DNA from: Vibrio vulnificus CMCP6
GTDB lineage: Bacteria; Pseudomonadota; Gammaproteobacteria; Enterobacterales; Vibrionaceae
Length of the DNA: 32,000 bases
Direction of reading: 5' to 3'
Assembly: GCF_000039765.1 (NCBI RefSeq)
Contig: NC_004460.2
Location: forward strand, 330,001 to 362,000
Part shown: piece after piece, positions 9,816 to 20,660 of the stretch
Numbering within the stretch: position 1 is the stretch's first letter
Layout of the letters: every line of letters starts with the position of its first letter
Program-made: the position numbers and the translations under genes
The notes under the pieces: generated by a model
What the model was told of the DNA's origin: nothing
Databases searched by the model: none
The model's input: only the letters and a program-made list of their open reading frames with translations

Positions 9816-9833
9816 TATCTCAATGTAAAGATA
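9816..9833. promoter_or_regulatory. Candidate MarR operator 2, overlapping the eamA leader/RBS
   Basis: TATCTCAATGTAAAGATA, closely similar to operator 1; ends 6 bp before the ATG at 9840. Confidence 0.6.
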
Positions 9834-9839
9834 TTTAAT

Positions 9840-10754
9840 ATGAACATACTTATCGCTATGATACCTGCCTTTTTTTGGGGAACGACCTACGCTGTTACAC
9901 AAGCAACGTTGGCTGACTGGCCACCGCTGTTACTGGGTGCATTAAGAGCGCTCCCCGCAGGGTTGCTTTTACTATTGGTTAAACCCACGTTGCCGAATCG
10001 TCGCCAAATAATCACCTTGCTTAAACTTGGAACCATCAACATTGCGGCCTTTTTTGCACTCATTTTCGTGATGGCGTTGACGCTACCATCTGCAATCTCT
10101 GGTGTAGGCATGATATCAGTGCCTGTTTTCGCGATGCTTTTTCATTGGGTTGTCGCCAAACAAGCGCCAAGTAAAGTTCAAGCTTTATGCGGTTTCGGAT
10201 TGATTAGTTTTGCTTGGTTCTTGTTTGACCCTAGCCACTTGGCTCTTAGTCCCATCGGATTGTTGGCCATGTTGTCTGCGATTTTCTGCATTATTATTGG
10301 CAGTCGTATCACCAAATCACTCGGAACAGAGATGCACTGGTGGCTTATCCTTACCTGGCAGTTGATCTTTGGTGGTATCGTATTGTCGCTTGCATCGTTC
10401 GCTCAGTTCGTTGTTGAGCCCACTCCCTACTATCAAGCATGGCAACAGTTAGATGGCCAAAATTTCATTGGCCTCGGTTGGATAGTTTTAATGAATACAG
10501 CGCTGGGATATGGCTTGTACGTTTGGCTATTACAACGAATGTCTGTGGTCGATTTTACGTTCGGTGGGATTGCAAATCCCGTTGCCGGTATCGTGTGTGG
10601 GGTTCTGCTGGTTGGCGAATCTTATACTTTTCATCAGTTTTCCCTGATGGCCGGGATGATTTTAATGTCACTTCTGCCGCAAATTGTCGGGTTGCTCTCT
10701 TCTAAAAAACGTCAGAAGCGACAAAAGGTGACATTGTCACCAAGCAATTCATGA
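9840..10754 (+). CDS. EamA/DMT-superfamily transporter
   Basis: 304 aa multi-pass protein: MIPAFFWGTTYAVTQATLADWPPLLLGALRALPAGLLLLL; ...LLVGESYTFHQFSLMAGMILMSL. Confidence 0.93.
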   Translation: MNILIAMIPAFFWGTTYAVTQATLADWPPLLLGALRALPAGLLLLLVKPTLPNRRQIITLLKLGTINIAAFFALIFVMALTLPSAISGVGMISVPVFAMLFHWVVAKQAPSKVQALCGFGLISFAWFLFDPSHLALSPIGLLAMLSAIFCIIIGSRITKSLGTEMHWWLILTWQLIFGGIVLSLASFAQFVVEPTPYYQAWQQLDGQNFIGLGWIVLMNTALGYGLYVWLLQRMSVVDFTFGGIANPVAGIVCGVLLVGESYTFHQFSLMAGMILMSLLPQIVGLLSSKKRQKRQKVTLSPSNS

Positions 10755-10764
10755 CATCAATAGA

Positions 10765-11871
10765 CTAATGTGTGAGTGCGATATCCCTTTGAGTCACACT
10801 CACCCCTTTGATCTGTGCAAACACACGGTCACCCTGTTTAAGATTAAGATCGGCCAACGCCCACGGGGTAATGGTCGCCCATAGAAAGCAATCTTGGGTC
10901 AACGCCAGTTTAACCGCGATGCTCTCTTTATCTTCTGCAGGGTGTCTTTTCTCAACACGCTCGACCTTCGCCTCAATAATATTACGAATTGAGGTTTTCT
11001 GCGGTTGAACGAGCGTAATGGAAACATCATTCGCCCGCACCTGGAGACGAATATCGCTACCGAGGGGCGCGTCAATCTTTTGCACCCACAGCGACGCTGT
11101 TGACGACAACATGACACGAGTCAAGGCGTATTGAGGGTGCTGTTCTGCAATGTTGGCATTAAACAAAGTGCTTTGTTCGGAGAATGATTGCCACGGGCGC
11201 ATTGCTTGCGAAGACCACACTTCAGACAACAAACCGGAAGCGACAATCTGACCTCTATCCAACACCGTGAGGTGATCTGCTAGTCGCAAGATCTCTTGCA
11301 GACTATGGGTGACATACACAATGGGTATTTCGAAGCTTTCCGAAAGCTTCTCAAGAAAGGGAAGCACTTCTTTTTTCCGCGGCATATCGAGCGAGGCCAG
11401 CGGCTCGTCCATTAATAGAATCTTGGGTGATGATAACAGTGCACGGCCAATCGCAACGCGTTGTTTTTCACCGCCAGACAGAGAAGCAGGATAGCGTTTT
11501 AGTAATGGTTGTAGCGCGAGGAGCGTCACCACTTTATCAAACATCTCTGCGTCGTACTGTTTGACGCCATACTTCAAATTGCCTTCAACATGATAGTGAG
11601 GAAATAAGCGAGAATCTTGGAATACGTAACCAATATTCCGTTGGTGTACGGGGACATTAATACCTAAAACCGAATCAAACAGCACGTCCGAGTTCAGCGC
11701 TATACGCCCTTGCTCGGGTTGAGTTAGTCCGCTGATCACATTGATAATTGACGTTTTACCTGCACCAGAACGACCAAAAATCGCGCTAACACCTTTGCTC
11801 GGAAGTTGTAATTCGATATCGAAAACAACATGACCCAACGTTTGTTTGAACGCAACTTGGAGACCCTTCAT
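10765..11871 (-). CDS. modC: Molybdate ABC transporter ATP-binding protein
   Basis: Walker [10 protein letters not shown], signature [17 protein letters not shown]-terminal TOBE/MOP-like region. Start trimmed from the track's 11961 to ATG 11871, giving a 1-nt TGATG overlap with modB. Confidence 0.95.
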
Positions 11872-12557
11872 CACTTCGCTCCCAATCGTTGTTTGGCTTT
11901 TCTGTTCAACCACTCTGATACCAATAAAGTAGACAGTGCGATAGCAATTGAAATCACACATAGTCTTGCCGCTTGCGCTTCTGCACCCGGTGTCTCGATA
12001 AAATTAAACATGGCAAGAGGCAAAGTTTGTGTTGCGCCAGGAATGTTGGAAACAAAACTGATGGTTGCCCCAAACTCCCCGAGACTGCGTGCAAAAGCCA
12101 ACATCGATCCCGAAATGATCCCGGGCAGCATCAGAGGTAATGTGATGGTGAGAAAGACTTTTATTGGTGATGCACCGAGCGTCGCCGCTGCTTGCTCTAG
12201 TTTGCTGTCGACACTTTCTAAACTGATTCGAATAGAACGCACCATCAAAGGCAGCGCAACGACCCAACAAGCCAATACCGCCCCTTTCCAGTTAAACGCA
12301 AAGGACAAGCCAAACATTTCATACAACCAACTTCCTAGCACGCCTTGGCGCCCCATCGCAATAAGCAACAAATAACCAATCACAACCGGAGGAAGAACCA
12401 AAGGAAGATGTATTGCGCTATCAAGTAGGGTTTTGCCCGGAAAGCATTTTCGTGCCAATAGCCAAGCGAAAAACACGCCAAATGGCAGTAACCAGATCAC
12501 CGTATAAAAACCCACTTTTAGGCTAAGTATTAACGCTTGGTATTCGAGTTCGCTCAC
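11871..12557 (-). CDS. modB: Molybdate ABC transporter permease
   Basis: 228 aa: [66 protein letters not shown]. Confidence 0.95.
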
Positions 12558-13309
12558 GATTTCTCCAACGTTGTAAAACCATGTTTTTGAAATATGGCAG
12601 TGGCTTCTGGACCCATAAGATAATTGAAGAACGCTTTGGCGGATTCGGATTGAGTGATCAACCCAGCAGGGTAAGTAATGGGATCGTAGAGCGCTTGCTC
12701 AGGTGTCACGAGTATCTTCACTTTCTGCGACATGCGCGCATCAGTTTGGTAAACGATGCCTAACTTTGCTTCATCTCGCTCTACTAACGCAAGGGCTAAG
12801 CGAACGTTTTTGCTCGGCGCGACATGGCTCGACACCGCATTCCACACATCGGCATTTTGCAACATTTGTTTGGCGTACATACCAGCAGGTACAGAGTTGG
12901 TATCGCCTAGGGCGAGCCAATTGCCTGTTAGAAGCCTCTGCCACTGGACTTTGGATGAAACATCAAGAGTTACATTGTTGTTTTTATTGGTAATAACAAC
13001 CAACTTATTGGAAAGTAAATTTGTGACACTGTCGCTTTTGATAACCTCATGTTGGACCAGGTAGTCCATCCATTGGTTATTGGCAGAGATAAAAATGTCA
13101 CCCGGTGCACCGCTGAGCAACTGCCTTGAGAGGGACGACGAGCCACCGTAAATTGCCTGTACTTTGTGATGGTTCTGACGTTCGTAACTCTCTATCACAT
13201 CATTGATGGCATTCGTCAGTGACGATGCGGCATAAACGCGCGTTGTTTGTTGTGCACTCACCGCAGGCGCTAGCATTAGTAGCAGTAAACTCAGCCATTT
13301 GTTCATCAT
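12554..13309 (-). CDS. modA: Molybdate-binding periplasmic protein
   Basis: 251 aa with signal peptide; TRVYAASSLTNAINDVIESYERQ...GGSSSLSRQLLSGAPGDIFISANNQWMD. Confidence 0.95.
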   Translation of the reverse strand: MMNKWLSLLLLMLAPAVSAQQTTRVYAASSLTNAINDVIESYERQNHHKVQAIYGGSSSLSRQLLSGAPGDIFISANNQWMDYLVQHEVIKSDSVTNLLSNKLVVITNKNNNVTLDVSSKVQWQRLLTGNWLALGDTNSVPAGMYAKQMLQNADVWNAVSSHVAPSKNVRLALALVERDEAKLGIVYQTDARMSQKVKILVTPEQALYDPITYPAGLITQSESAKAFFNYLMGPEATAIFQKHGFTTLEKS

Positions 13310-13319
13310 ACTTCGCTCT

Positions 13320-14771
13320 CTATATGCCCAATTGACTCAGGTCCAAATGTTCTTCAATGGCATCGGCGATTCGGTCTATCGCCTGCTCCTTAAGTTGTTG
13401 GTGATTCTGAGCCTTGATTCGCACTCCATTGACCCACTCACAAATCAGCTCTAATACGGCTTCGGAGTCTAAGAAACCATGTAGATAACTGCCCATGATC
13501 TGCCCGCATTCGCTTAGTGCGCCTTCAAGCTGGCCATCATCGTTGGTGATCGGTTGATATTCATTCACTTGCGATCGCCCAACGTGTATCTCATAGCCAG
13601 TCACGTTAACGTGTTTTCCGTTTAGTGATAACTGCCCTTTAGTGTTAATCAAACACTTATCTTGGGTAAGTTCCGTGCGCGTTTTTAAGAGTCCGAGCCC
13701 TACGCTTTCGCCGGGTTCACCTTCCACACCAAACGGATCGCTGATCGACTCCCCTAACATTTGGTAGCCACCACAGATCCCTAACACCTTACCACCAAAG
13801 CGCAAATGTCTTAGAATATCCTTGTCCCAACCTTGTTCTCGAAGGTATCGAAGATCGTCACGCACTGATTTGGAACCGGGCAAGATGATCAAATCCGCGT
13901 GCTCTAATCGCTCTCCTTTGCCCACGTAACGCAAGTCAATTTGGGGATGCAGTCTGAGCACATCAAAATCCGTATGATTGCTAATCCTCGTCAGCACAGG
14001 AACCACGACTTTTAGCTTAACCTCACCAGACAACTCTTGTTGTGAGGTAATCGCATCTTCTGCCTCGAGATTCAATCCATGAAGAAATGGCAGAACGCCA
14101 ATGACGGGCTTACCTGTTTTCTCTTCGAGCCAATCGAGCCCCGATTCAAGCAACTTAATGTCACCGCGAAAACGGTTGATAACGAATCCCTTCACTCGCG
14201 CTTGTTCCGATGGAGAGAGCAATGCCAAGGTGCCATAAAGGTGTGCGAAAACGCCACCGCGATCGATATCAGCGACGATAATCACTGGGACATCGGCTTC
14301 TTCGGCAAAACCCATGTTGGCTATGTCATTCTGACGCAAATTGATTTCAGCAGGACTGCCGGCCCCTTCGATCATGATGGCTTGATATTCATCTTTTAAA
14401 CGAGCGAAAGAGTCCATCACCGTATCCATCGCCACTTTTTTGTAATTGTGGAAGCCATAGGCATCCATATTGGTCAATGCCTTACCTTGCAAAATAATCT
14501 GTGCGCCAGTATCGCTATTGGGTTTGATCAAAACCGGATTCATGTGAACGCTCGGCTCAATGCGACACGCTTGCGCTTGAACCGCCTGAGCTCGACCTAT
14601 TTCACCACCTTCTTTCGTCACCGCACTATTGAGGGCCATATTTTGTGGTTTGAAAGGGGCAACGTTTACGCCTTTACGAGCCAATACGCGGCAGAGACCT
14701 GCCACCAATACGCTTTTTCCCGCATCAGAGGTAGTGCCTTGCACCATGAGCGTGGTTACTTTTGCTTCCAT
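13320..14771 (-). CDS. cobQ: Cobyric acid synthase
   Basis: 483 aa: [44 protein letters not shown]..., [32 protein letters not shown]. Confidence 0.97.
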   Translation of the reverse strand: MEAKVTTLMVQGTTSDAGKSVLVAGLCRVLARKGVNVAPFKPQNMALNSAVTKEGGEIGRAQAVQAQACRIEPSVHMNPVLIKPNSDTGAQIILQGKALTNMDAYGFHNYKKVAMDTVMDSFARLKDEYQAIMIEGAGSPAEINLRQNDIANMGFAEEADVPVIIVADIDRGGVFAHLYGTLALLSPSEQARVKGFVINRFRGDIKLLESGLDWLEEKTGKPVIGVLPFLHGLNLEAEDAITSQQELSGEVKLKVVVPVLTRISNHTDFDVLRLHPQIDLRYVGKGERLEHADLIILPGSKSVRDDLRYLREQGWDKDILRHLRFGGKVLGICGGYQMLGESISDPFGVEGEPGESVGLGLLKTRTELTQDKCLINTKGQLSLNGKHVNVTGYEIHVGRSQVNEYQPITNDDGQLEGALSECGQIMGSYLHGFLDSEAVLELICEWVNGVRIKAQNHQQLKEQAIDRIADAIEEHLDLSQLGI

Positions 14772-14925
14772 TTTTTATCGTCGCTATTCAAGGGAGGCCT
14801 ATTTTAGCCTTTTTTGACACTTTAGAAAATGAATCCAATATGAATCAAGCGCTAAGCAATCATTCAAATCTGTTTTGTTCTAATACCCTTATCGAAACAA
14901 CCTCGGTTAAACATAGGAAAAGAAC

Positions 14926-15294
14926 ATGAACAAAACACTTATTATCGCAATCGCTGCTTTGACAACCACACCAGCCATCGCGCTCGCCAACAACTCTTCA
15001 ACGGTACAAGGTATCAGTTTTGACGGTCCGGTGAATGTATCGGTCGTTTCCGAACTGCTGAAAGATTCAAATATGTTTACGGAGAAAGATGTCGTCGTTG
15101 AAGGAACGTTGGTCCGCCAACTCAATAAAGATACCTATATTTTCACCGATGGCAGCGCCGAGATTCAAGTAGAGCTCGATGACGATATTCGTTTTACACA
15201 AACCATTAACAGCAATACACGCCTGCGCTTGTTTGGTGAGTTTGAGGGCGGCAATACCCCTGAGATTGAAGTCGATAGTTTGACGCTGCTTTAA
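14926..15294 (+). CDS. Periplasmic OB-fold stress protein (YgiW/YdeI/NirD-type BOF family)
   Basis: 122 aa with signal peptide; VVVEGTLVRQLNKDTYIFTDGSAEIQVELDDDI, typical bacterial OB-fold signature. Confidence 0.85.
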   Translation: MNKTLIIAIAALTTTPAIALANNSSTVQGISFDGPVNVSVVSELLKDSNMFTEKDVVVEGTLVRQLNKDTYIFTDGSAEIQVELDDDIRFTQTINSNTRLRLFGEFEGGNTPEIEVDSLTLL

Positions 15295-15375
15295 CACACC
15301 AAATAGCCAGAGTGGTACGAGTACGCTGCTTTTTCGCTTAATACACTCATTTACGTCATATTATTTTTAAGTTTG

Positions 15376-15399
15376 GCCTGCTATTTGCAGGCTTTTTTT
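15376..15399 (+). terminator. Rho-independent terminator
   Basis: GCCTGC-TATTT-GCAGGC followed by TTTTTTT. Confidence 0.85.
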
Positions 15400-15438
15400 G
15401 TAAAATACGGGCGTTAATTTTTTGGCTTTGGAGATCTC

Positions 15439-15975
15439 ATGCTAGGTAAAGCTCTCAAAACAACCTTGTTGGGTGTATGTACTTTGCTCCCAATAACAGC
15501 AAGTGCAAACAACTTCAACTACAACATGTTTGAGGTGCGTATGGGGTCAAGCCCAGGCACTTTCGGTGCGGAGTTCAACACTTACTTCACGGAAAATACA
15601 CACTTTGTCGGACGCTTTGACAGTGAATTTAGTGGGGACTGGGATCTTGCTGGTGGTATTGGTTTTAATGGTCCTATGGGGCAATTTGCCGATATTTATG
15701 GCCAAATGCTGATTCACAACATTAAAAACAGATCGAGCGATAAAATCGGTGATGAATGGAAAACCGAAGTTAACATTGGTGCTCGTGTTTGGTTGATGCA
15801 AAATGTCGAAGTTCATGGACGATTGGGGCAATTGATCTCCAATGACAGTAACAACTCTATTGTCGGTATTGGCGCTCGATTCCATTCAACTCAACAACTT
15901 TCTATCGGGGCAGACCTTCGTAATAACGGCACTTATGGACATCAGATCCTAATGTCGGTCAACTTTATGTTCTAA
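15439..15975 (+). CDS. Small outer-membrane beta-barrel protein, family uncertain
   Basis: 178 aa, signal peptide MLGKALKTTLLGVCTLLPITASA, alternating strand pattern, C-terminal aromatic ILMSVNFMF. Confidence 0.7.
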   Translation: MLGKALKTTLLGVCTLLPITASANNFNYNMFEVRMGSSPGTFGAEFNTYFTENTHFVGRFDSEFSGDWDLAGGIGFNGPMGQFADIYGQMLIHNIKNRSSDKIGDEWKTEVNIGARVWLMQNVEVHGRLGQLISNDSNNSIVGIGARFHSTQQLSIGADLRNNGTYGHQILMSVNFMF

Positions 15976-16050
15976 CTCCCTCGCTGCTATCGCCTAGTTT
16001 CTAGTTTCTAGTTTCTTTTTAGAAGCTACACATAACAAGCGTTAAGCAAA

Positions 16051-16077
16051 AACAAAGGGCCAAATTGGCCCTTTGTT
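16051..16077. terminator. Bidirectional terminator between convergent genes
   Basis: AACAAAGGGCCAA-A-TTGGCCCTTTGTT, 13-bp perfect arms (the inner bases form the loop), with T-rich flanks on the minus-strand read-out. Confidence 0.8.
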
Positions 16078-16104
16078 CGTAGTACTTATCGTGTTCGCTT
16101 TTCG

Positions 16105-16722
16105 CTACTTCGTTGTCGGCTTATCTTGAACGTATTTCTGTGAAACATCGACAATTGCGACGTCTTTGAAGAAGCTACGCCCTAACAATACAGGGAAAGT
16201 TAAATGCGTTCTGTCGGTTAGCGTGAACTCGGTTTTTTCTTTGAGATCACCAATTTGAATCCAAGCTAGCACGACAGCGCGCTTTTGCGTTCCTTCCGCA
16301 CTGGATTGGCGAATGTGAACCCAGCGTTCAACAGGTAACGCGATTTCGTTACTATTGATGCCATCATGCTCGATTTTGAACTTAACCCAATCTTTGCCAT
16401 CACGCTCAAACTCAACCAAATCAACCGCACTGATGGATGAAGTTGTTGCTCCAGTATCAATTCGAGACTTAAACACCTCATTTAACCCCGGAACGTACAC
16501 CCACTCTTCTTCACCAAGAATCAACTTCCCGTCAGATGTTTTATGGGCTTTAAGTTCAAGCACTGGGCGCTCTGGTTTGGGCTGAGGCTTTGTCTGCTTT
16601 ACTGGTTCTTCTTTAATTTCCGACTTATTTTCTGCTGAAGCATCTACCGTTGCTGGTGTCACTGCACAAGCAGTTAAGCCGCCGCTAAGTAGTAAAGGCA
16701 AAATAAGTTTCAATTTCTTCAT
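16105..16722 (-). CDS. Lipoprotein with retropepsin-like domain, commonly annotated 'ATP-dependent zinc protease' (PF05618-like)
   Basis: 205 aa, lipobox LTAC, motif VFKSRIDTGATTSSISAVDLVEFERDGKDWVKF, LTFPVLLGRSFFKDVAIVD. Confidence 0.8.
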   Translation of the reverse strand: MKKLKLILPLLLSGGLTACAVTPATVDASAENKSEIKEEPVKQTKPQPKPERPVLELKAHKTSDGKLILGEEEWVYVPGLNEVFKSRIDTGATTSSISAVDLVEFERDGKDWVKFKIEHDGINSNEIALPVERWVHIRQSSAEGTQKRAVVLAWIQIGDLKEKTEFTLTDRTHLTFPVLLGRSFFKDVAIVDVSQKYVQDKPTTK

Positions 16723-16735
16723 CCAATCACCTGCA

Positions 16736-17932
16736 TTAACGTTGTGAGACTTTGACTATCGCGTCTGCCACGTATGGAATGTGAGCTTCTGTAAGGCCAG
16801 CGATGTTAATTCGCCCGTCACCTACACCATAAATTCCATATTCATCTCGTAGCGTTCCCATTTGCTCAGGTGTAAAGCCTAGCACAGTAAACATACCCTT
16901 GTGGCTTTCAATGAAGTCGAATTGTGACGTATTGTGTTGATTTCTCAATTCATTACATAAAGTTTGACGCAGGTTTAACAAACGTTGCTGCATTTCACAC
17001 AATTCTTGCTTCCAAGTGGTTGTAAGTTCGACATTTTGTAGGATTGTTTTGACCAATGCAGCACCGTGATCAGGCGGCATGGTGTAAGTTGAACGTGCGA
17101 GTGTCAGCAACTTACCTTTCGCGTTTGATGATTCTTTTGCGTTTTTGCCAATCACAATGGCCGCGCCAGTACGTTCACGGTAAAGACCAAAATTCTTCGA
17201 ACATGAAGTGGTAATCAGCATTTCTTCAACACGGTCAGCCATGAACTGCAGCCCTTTTGCGTCTTCTTCAAGGCCATCACCAAAGCCTTGGTAGGCAATA
17301 TCAACAAAGGGTGTGAAACCGTTCTTTACTGCCAAATCGGTGATGGCTTGCCAAGCAGCAAAATCAATGTCTGCTCCCGTTGGGTTGTGACAACAACCAT
17401 GAAGCAGTACGACATCCTTTGGACCTGCAGTAGCAAGATCATCTAACATCTGGCCGATGTCGACTTGCTTTGTTTCTGGGCTGAAGTAGCGGTAATAACG
17501 CACTTTCAACCCGGCAGCTTCCATCACTGGCTTATGGTTCACATAACTAGGGTTAGAGATCCAAACGGTGGTGTCTGGCTGTGCCACTTTCATCAAATCT
17601 CCGAGCATACGCAGTGCGCCACTGGCTCCCGGTGTTTGAATCGCACTCACTCGGTCAAGTACGGAAGTACCCGCAAGCAATAAATTCACCATCGATTGGT
17701 TAAACTCTTCGCATCCCGCTAGGCCGACGTACGACTTGGTTGTCTGTGTATCAGCAACGATTTTTTGCGCTTGGGACACCGCACGCATGATTGGCGTTTC
17801 GCCTTTGTTGTTTTTGTATACGCCAATGCCAAGGTCTACTTTTTGGTCACGCGGATCGTTACGAAAAGCAACGGTTAGAGAAAGAATAGGATCTAAAGCT
17901 GGTGTTGGTAATTGAGAGAACATGAAAGTCAC
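16736..17932 (-). CDS. Aspartate/aromatic amino acid aminotransferase (class I)
   Basis: 398 aa: PILSLTVAFRNDPRDQKVDLGIGVYKNNKGETPIMRAV, VVLLHGCCHNPTGADID, SCSKNFGLYRERTGA. Confidence 0.93.
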   Translation of the reverse strand: MTFMFSQLPTPALDPILSLTVAFRNDPRDQKVDLGIGVYKNNKGETPIMRAVSQAQKIVADTQTTKSYVGLAGCEEFNQSMVNLLLAGTSVLDRVSAIQTPGASGALRMLGDLMKVAQPDTTVWISNPSYVNHKPVMEAAGLKVRYYRYFSPETKQVDIGQMLDDLATAGPKDVVLLHGCCHNPTGADIDFAAWQAITDLAVKNGFTPFVDIAYQGFGDGLEEDAKGLQFMADRVEEMLITTSCSKNFGLYRERTGAAIVIGKNAKESSNAKGKLLTLARSTYTMPPDHGAALVKTILQNVELTTTWKQELCEMQQRLLNLRQTLCNELRNQHNTSQFDFIESHKGMFTVLGFTPEQMGTLRDEYGIYGVGDGRINIAGLTEAHIPYVADAIVKVSQR

Positions 17933-18038
17933 AACCCTTTGAAATTCAAGTTACGGAGTTATCTCCAGATAGTGCGATAAAACTTAACATCAAAGCGTCT
18001 AACTTCGAAACATATTTTTTCTGACGACGGTAATTAAA

Positions 18039-18101
18039 GAATAAAACGCTATCAGCAAGCGCACCTTTGCCTTCCAGGCACTCACCGATAGCGTTTTATT
18101 C
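18039..18101 (-). terminator. Long-stem hairpin downstream of the MCP gene, probable terminator or 3' RNA structure
   Basis: GAATAAAACGCTATC (18039-18053) / GATAGCGTTTTATTC (18087-18101), perfect 15-bp arms; internal hairpin TGCCT-TCC-AGGCA (18068-18080). Confidence 0.55.
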
Positions 18102-18133
18102 CGTGTCGAATTCTCTCTCTGTAGAAGGCGTCT

Positions 18134-20452
18134 CTAAAAACGGAACTTCGACATTTCCTGACTCAGCCCTTTGGCTTCATCAGCAAGTTGACGTGACACA
18201 TCATCCACCTGAGTCACTTTTTCATTGACGGAAACCGAAGCATCGGCGATCGAGGTAATACTGCTGCTGATGTCTTCTGTGACCGCTCGTTGCTCCTCAG
18301 TTGCCGCCGCAATTTGGATATTCATCTCGTTCATTTCTTCTAACATTGAGACAAGCTGTTCAATCATCTCGGTGTTTGTTTTACAGGTTGAAACCCCACG
18401 CGAGACGGTTTTGTTGGCATTATCGATACACTGCGACACGCTGTTTGTTTCACGTTGTAACGCATCGATTTTTTGACGGATCTCTTCTGTCGAAGATTGA
18501 GTCCGACCAGCCAACGAACGTACTTCATCAGCGACGACTGCAAAACCTCGCCCTTGTTCGCCCGCTCTCGCTGCTTCAATTGCCGCATTCAGAGCGAGCA
18601 AGTTGGTTTGCTCCGCAATACCTTGAATCACATCGAGCACCTCAGCAATCGAAGCACTTTCATTTCTTAATCGACCAATGGCTTCGACGGCTACCTGCAT
18701 CTCGTCATGCAATTTACCGATCTCTTCCCCCAAGTCGTTGCCAACCTGTACACCTTTCACGCCTTGCTCATTCGCCCCTTTAACATAATCGGCGGCGCGA
18801 TTGGCAAACTGCGCCACTTCTGCAATCGACGCACTCATTTCGTTGACTGCGGTGGCCACTGAATCGGATTTCGCGTTTTGCTCGGCAACCGCCTGACGTG
18901 TTGCTTGCATATTGTTGGTTATATTGAGGGAGTTGTTGCTCAACGTATCCGTTGCGCTGGAAAACTGGCCGATCATTTGCTGTAGGTGCGAGAACAAGTG
19001 GTTGAGTGACGCGGAAAGCTCAGTGACCTCGTCTTTGCCTTGGACATCAAGTCGCTCAGTTAAGTCGTTATTACCACAAATGCGCTCAACTTTTTCACAA
19101 GCAAGGCGAATAGGCCGAGAGATACTGTTACCTAACACATAAGAAAGCAGCACTGAAACGACAATGATCCCCACAATACTCATTAAAACGGTGTTTCTCA
19201 CCGAGTCTTCCAATATCGCTAAATCCTGGAGTGCTTCGTCGTAGTCAATTTCGGTCAATATTGCCCACTTCAAACCGGCAACGGTAACCGGACTGTACGC
19301 AGACATGACTTGCACCCCGCGATAGTCGTCGATGATCTCAAATCCCGACCTGCCCATTAACGCGTTACGTGCGGCATCACCGTCGATTTCTTGTCGACCG
19401 ATGGTCGAGCCTTTGCTGGCAATCTGTGCCAGCAGCTGCGGCGAAACACCCGCCGATTTCATTACAGCCAAATAGTCGTCAGGCGCTTCCAACAGAAAGC
19501 GAGACTGGCTACGCATTTTTTTGTCCGGGCCAATGAGATAGCTTTCGCCACTCTCACCCAAACCCGATGCAGCCCAATTTCCCTTGAAGGTCATGATGTT
19601 ATTGATCACATCCACCGGCATTTGGAAAATCAGCACACCCAAGCGCGAGTCACCTTCCATTATTGGTGTGGCTATAAATGAGGCGGCCGCTTCATACGAG
19701 GGATAATACGGTTTGAAGTCATCAAGGTAGTATTGATCTTTATTCAAAGCCGCCGCTTTTCTGTAAGCTTCTGCAATACCAGTGTTCGAATAAGGCCCTT
19801 GCTTAAGATTGGTGGCAAAATCCAACTCTTTAAAGACGGAATAAACCACATTGCCATCGTTATCGACGAAAAAGATGTCGTAATAGCCAAAAGCTTCTAA
19901 AAAGTGTTTGATGGAAGGGTGATATTTGGCGTGAATTTGATCGTAAGTAGTGCCTAGCGTATCACTGAGATATTGGTGTTTTTCGCCAAGTGGATTCGGA
20001 TTGATCGCAATGTATCGCGCTTGAAGTGCTTTACCCACCTCACCAATTTGATCAAGCATACTAATTTCATTGGCAGCTGCCCCTTCATTAAGCTCTCGGT
20101 ACTTTTGCCCAAATTGATTGCTGTAGTAATTACGCAAAGCATTGACGTCTTGCGATGCGATCTGTTGAGAAGGATACGTTTGAAACGCTTGAGTAAAGGC
20201 TTTCATTGCGTCTTTAGTAGCAATGTCATCCGCTAAGGTTTCGACTTGATAGTGAATTTGCTCAAAGTAGCTCTCAATTTCACTTTTCTTAATTTCGCGT
20301 ACGGACACCAGTTGTTGCGACGCTCGTGTGATAAGTGCTTGTTCAGAAAGGGCTGCAGATTTTAAACCAACTATAGCACCAGTAAATATGACGCCCAGTG
20401 CGCATAACGCTGTTGAGACCAAGATAATCTTATTAGCAATTTTCATATTCAA
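18134..20452 (-). CDS. Methyl-accepting chemotaxis protein with periplasmic Cache-like sensor, HAMP and MCP signalling domain
   Basis: 772 aa; TM near the N-terminus, HAMP ([29 protein letters not shown]), hairpin core [43 protein letters not shown]. Confidence 0.95.
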   Translation of the reverse strand: MNMKIANKIILVSTALCALGVIFTGAIVGLKSAALSEQALITRASQQLVSVREIKKSEIESYFEQIHYQVETLADDIATKDAMKAFTQAFQTYPSQQIASQDVNALRNYYSNQFGQKYRELNEGAAANEISMLDQIGEVGKALQARYIAINPNPLGEKHQYLSDTLGTTYDQIHAKYHPSIKHFLEAFGYYDIFFVDNDGNVVYSVFKELDFATNLKQGPYSNTGIAEAYRKAAALNKDQYYLDDFKPYYPSYEAAASFIATPIMEGDSRLGVLIFQMPVDVINNIMTFKGNWAASGLGESGESYLIGPDKKMRSQSRFLLEAPDDYLAVMKSAGVSPQLLAQIASKGSTIGRQEIDGDAARNALMGRSGFEIIDDYRGVQVMSAYSPVTVAGLKWAILTEIDYDEALQDLAILEDSVRNTVLMSIVGIIVVSVLLSYVLGNSISRPIRLACEKVERICGNNDLTERLDVQGKDEVTELSASLNHLFSHLQQMIGQFSSATDTLSNNSLNITNNMQATRQAVAEQNAKSDSVATAVNEMSASIAEVAQFANRAADYVKGANEQGVKGVQVGNDLGEEIGKLHDEMQVAVEAIGRLRNESASIAEVLDVIQGIAEQTNLLALNAAIEAARAGEQGRGFAVVADEVRSLAGRTQSSTEEIRQKIDALQRETNSVSQCIDNANKTVSRGVSTCKTNTEMIEQLVSMLEEMNEMNIQIAAATEEQRAVTEDISSSITSIADASVSVNEKVTQVDDVSRQLADEAKGLSQEMSKFRF

Positions 20453-20660
20453 ACCTGACCGCGACAGCGGCTCCTGAGTAAATACATCCCCAAAGAACCA
20501 ACTGAGCGAAAATGTTTGAATTAATATACGTAGAGTGTAGTCAGCGATATAAGTAAGCGCGAATAGAAATTAAAGTCATAACGAATTCGCGCCTTCAAGA
20601 GTCAGCCTAAACCGCCAAGGTGGTTGAATCTTAACACTTAGTTGACTGGTTAGACCTGAC

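Noticed and set aside
10774-10805. GTGAGTG...CACTCAC inverted repeat at the eamA/modC convergence as a terminator
   Set aside because: It overlaps the modC C-terminal coding region, has a long loop and lacks a T-tract.
18039-18101. Long inverted repeat considered as an integron attC/VCR-type recombination site
   Set aside because: No convincing RYYYAAC/GTTRRRY core sites in the right positions, no integron cassette context, and neighbouring genes are core-like.
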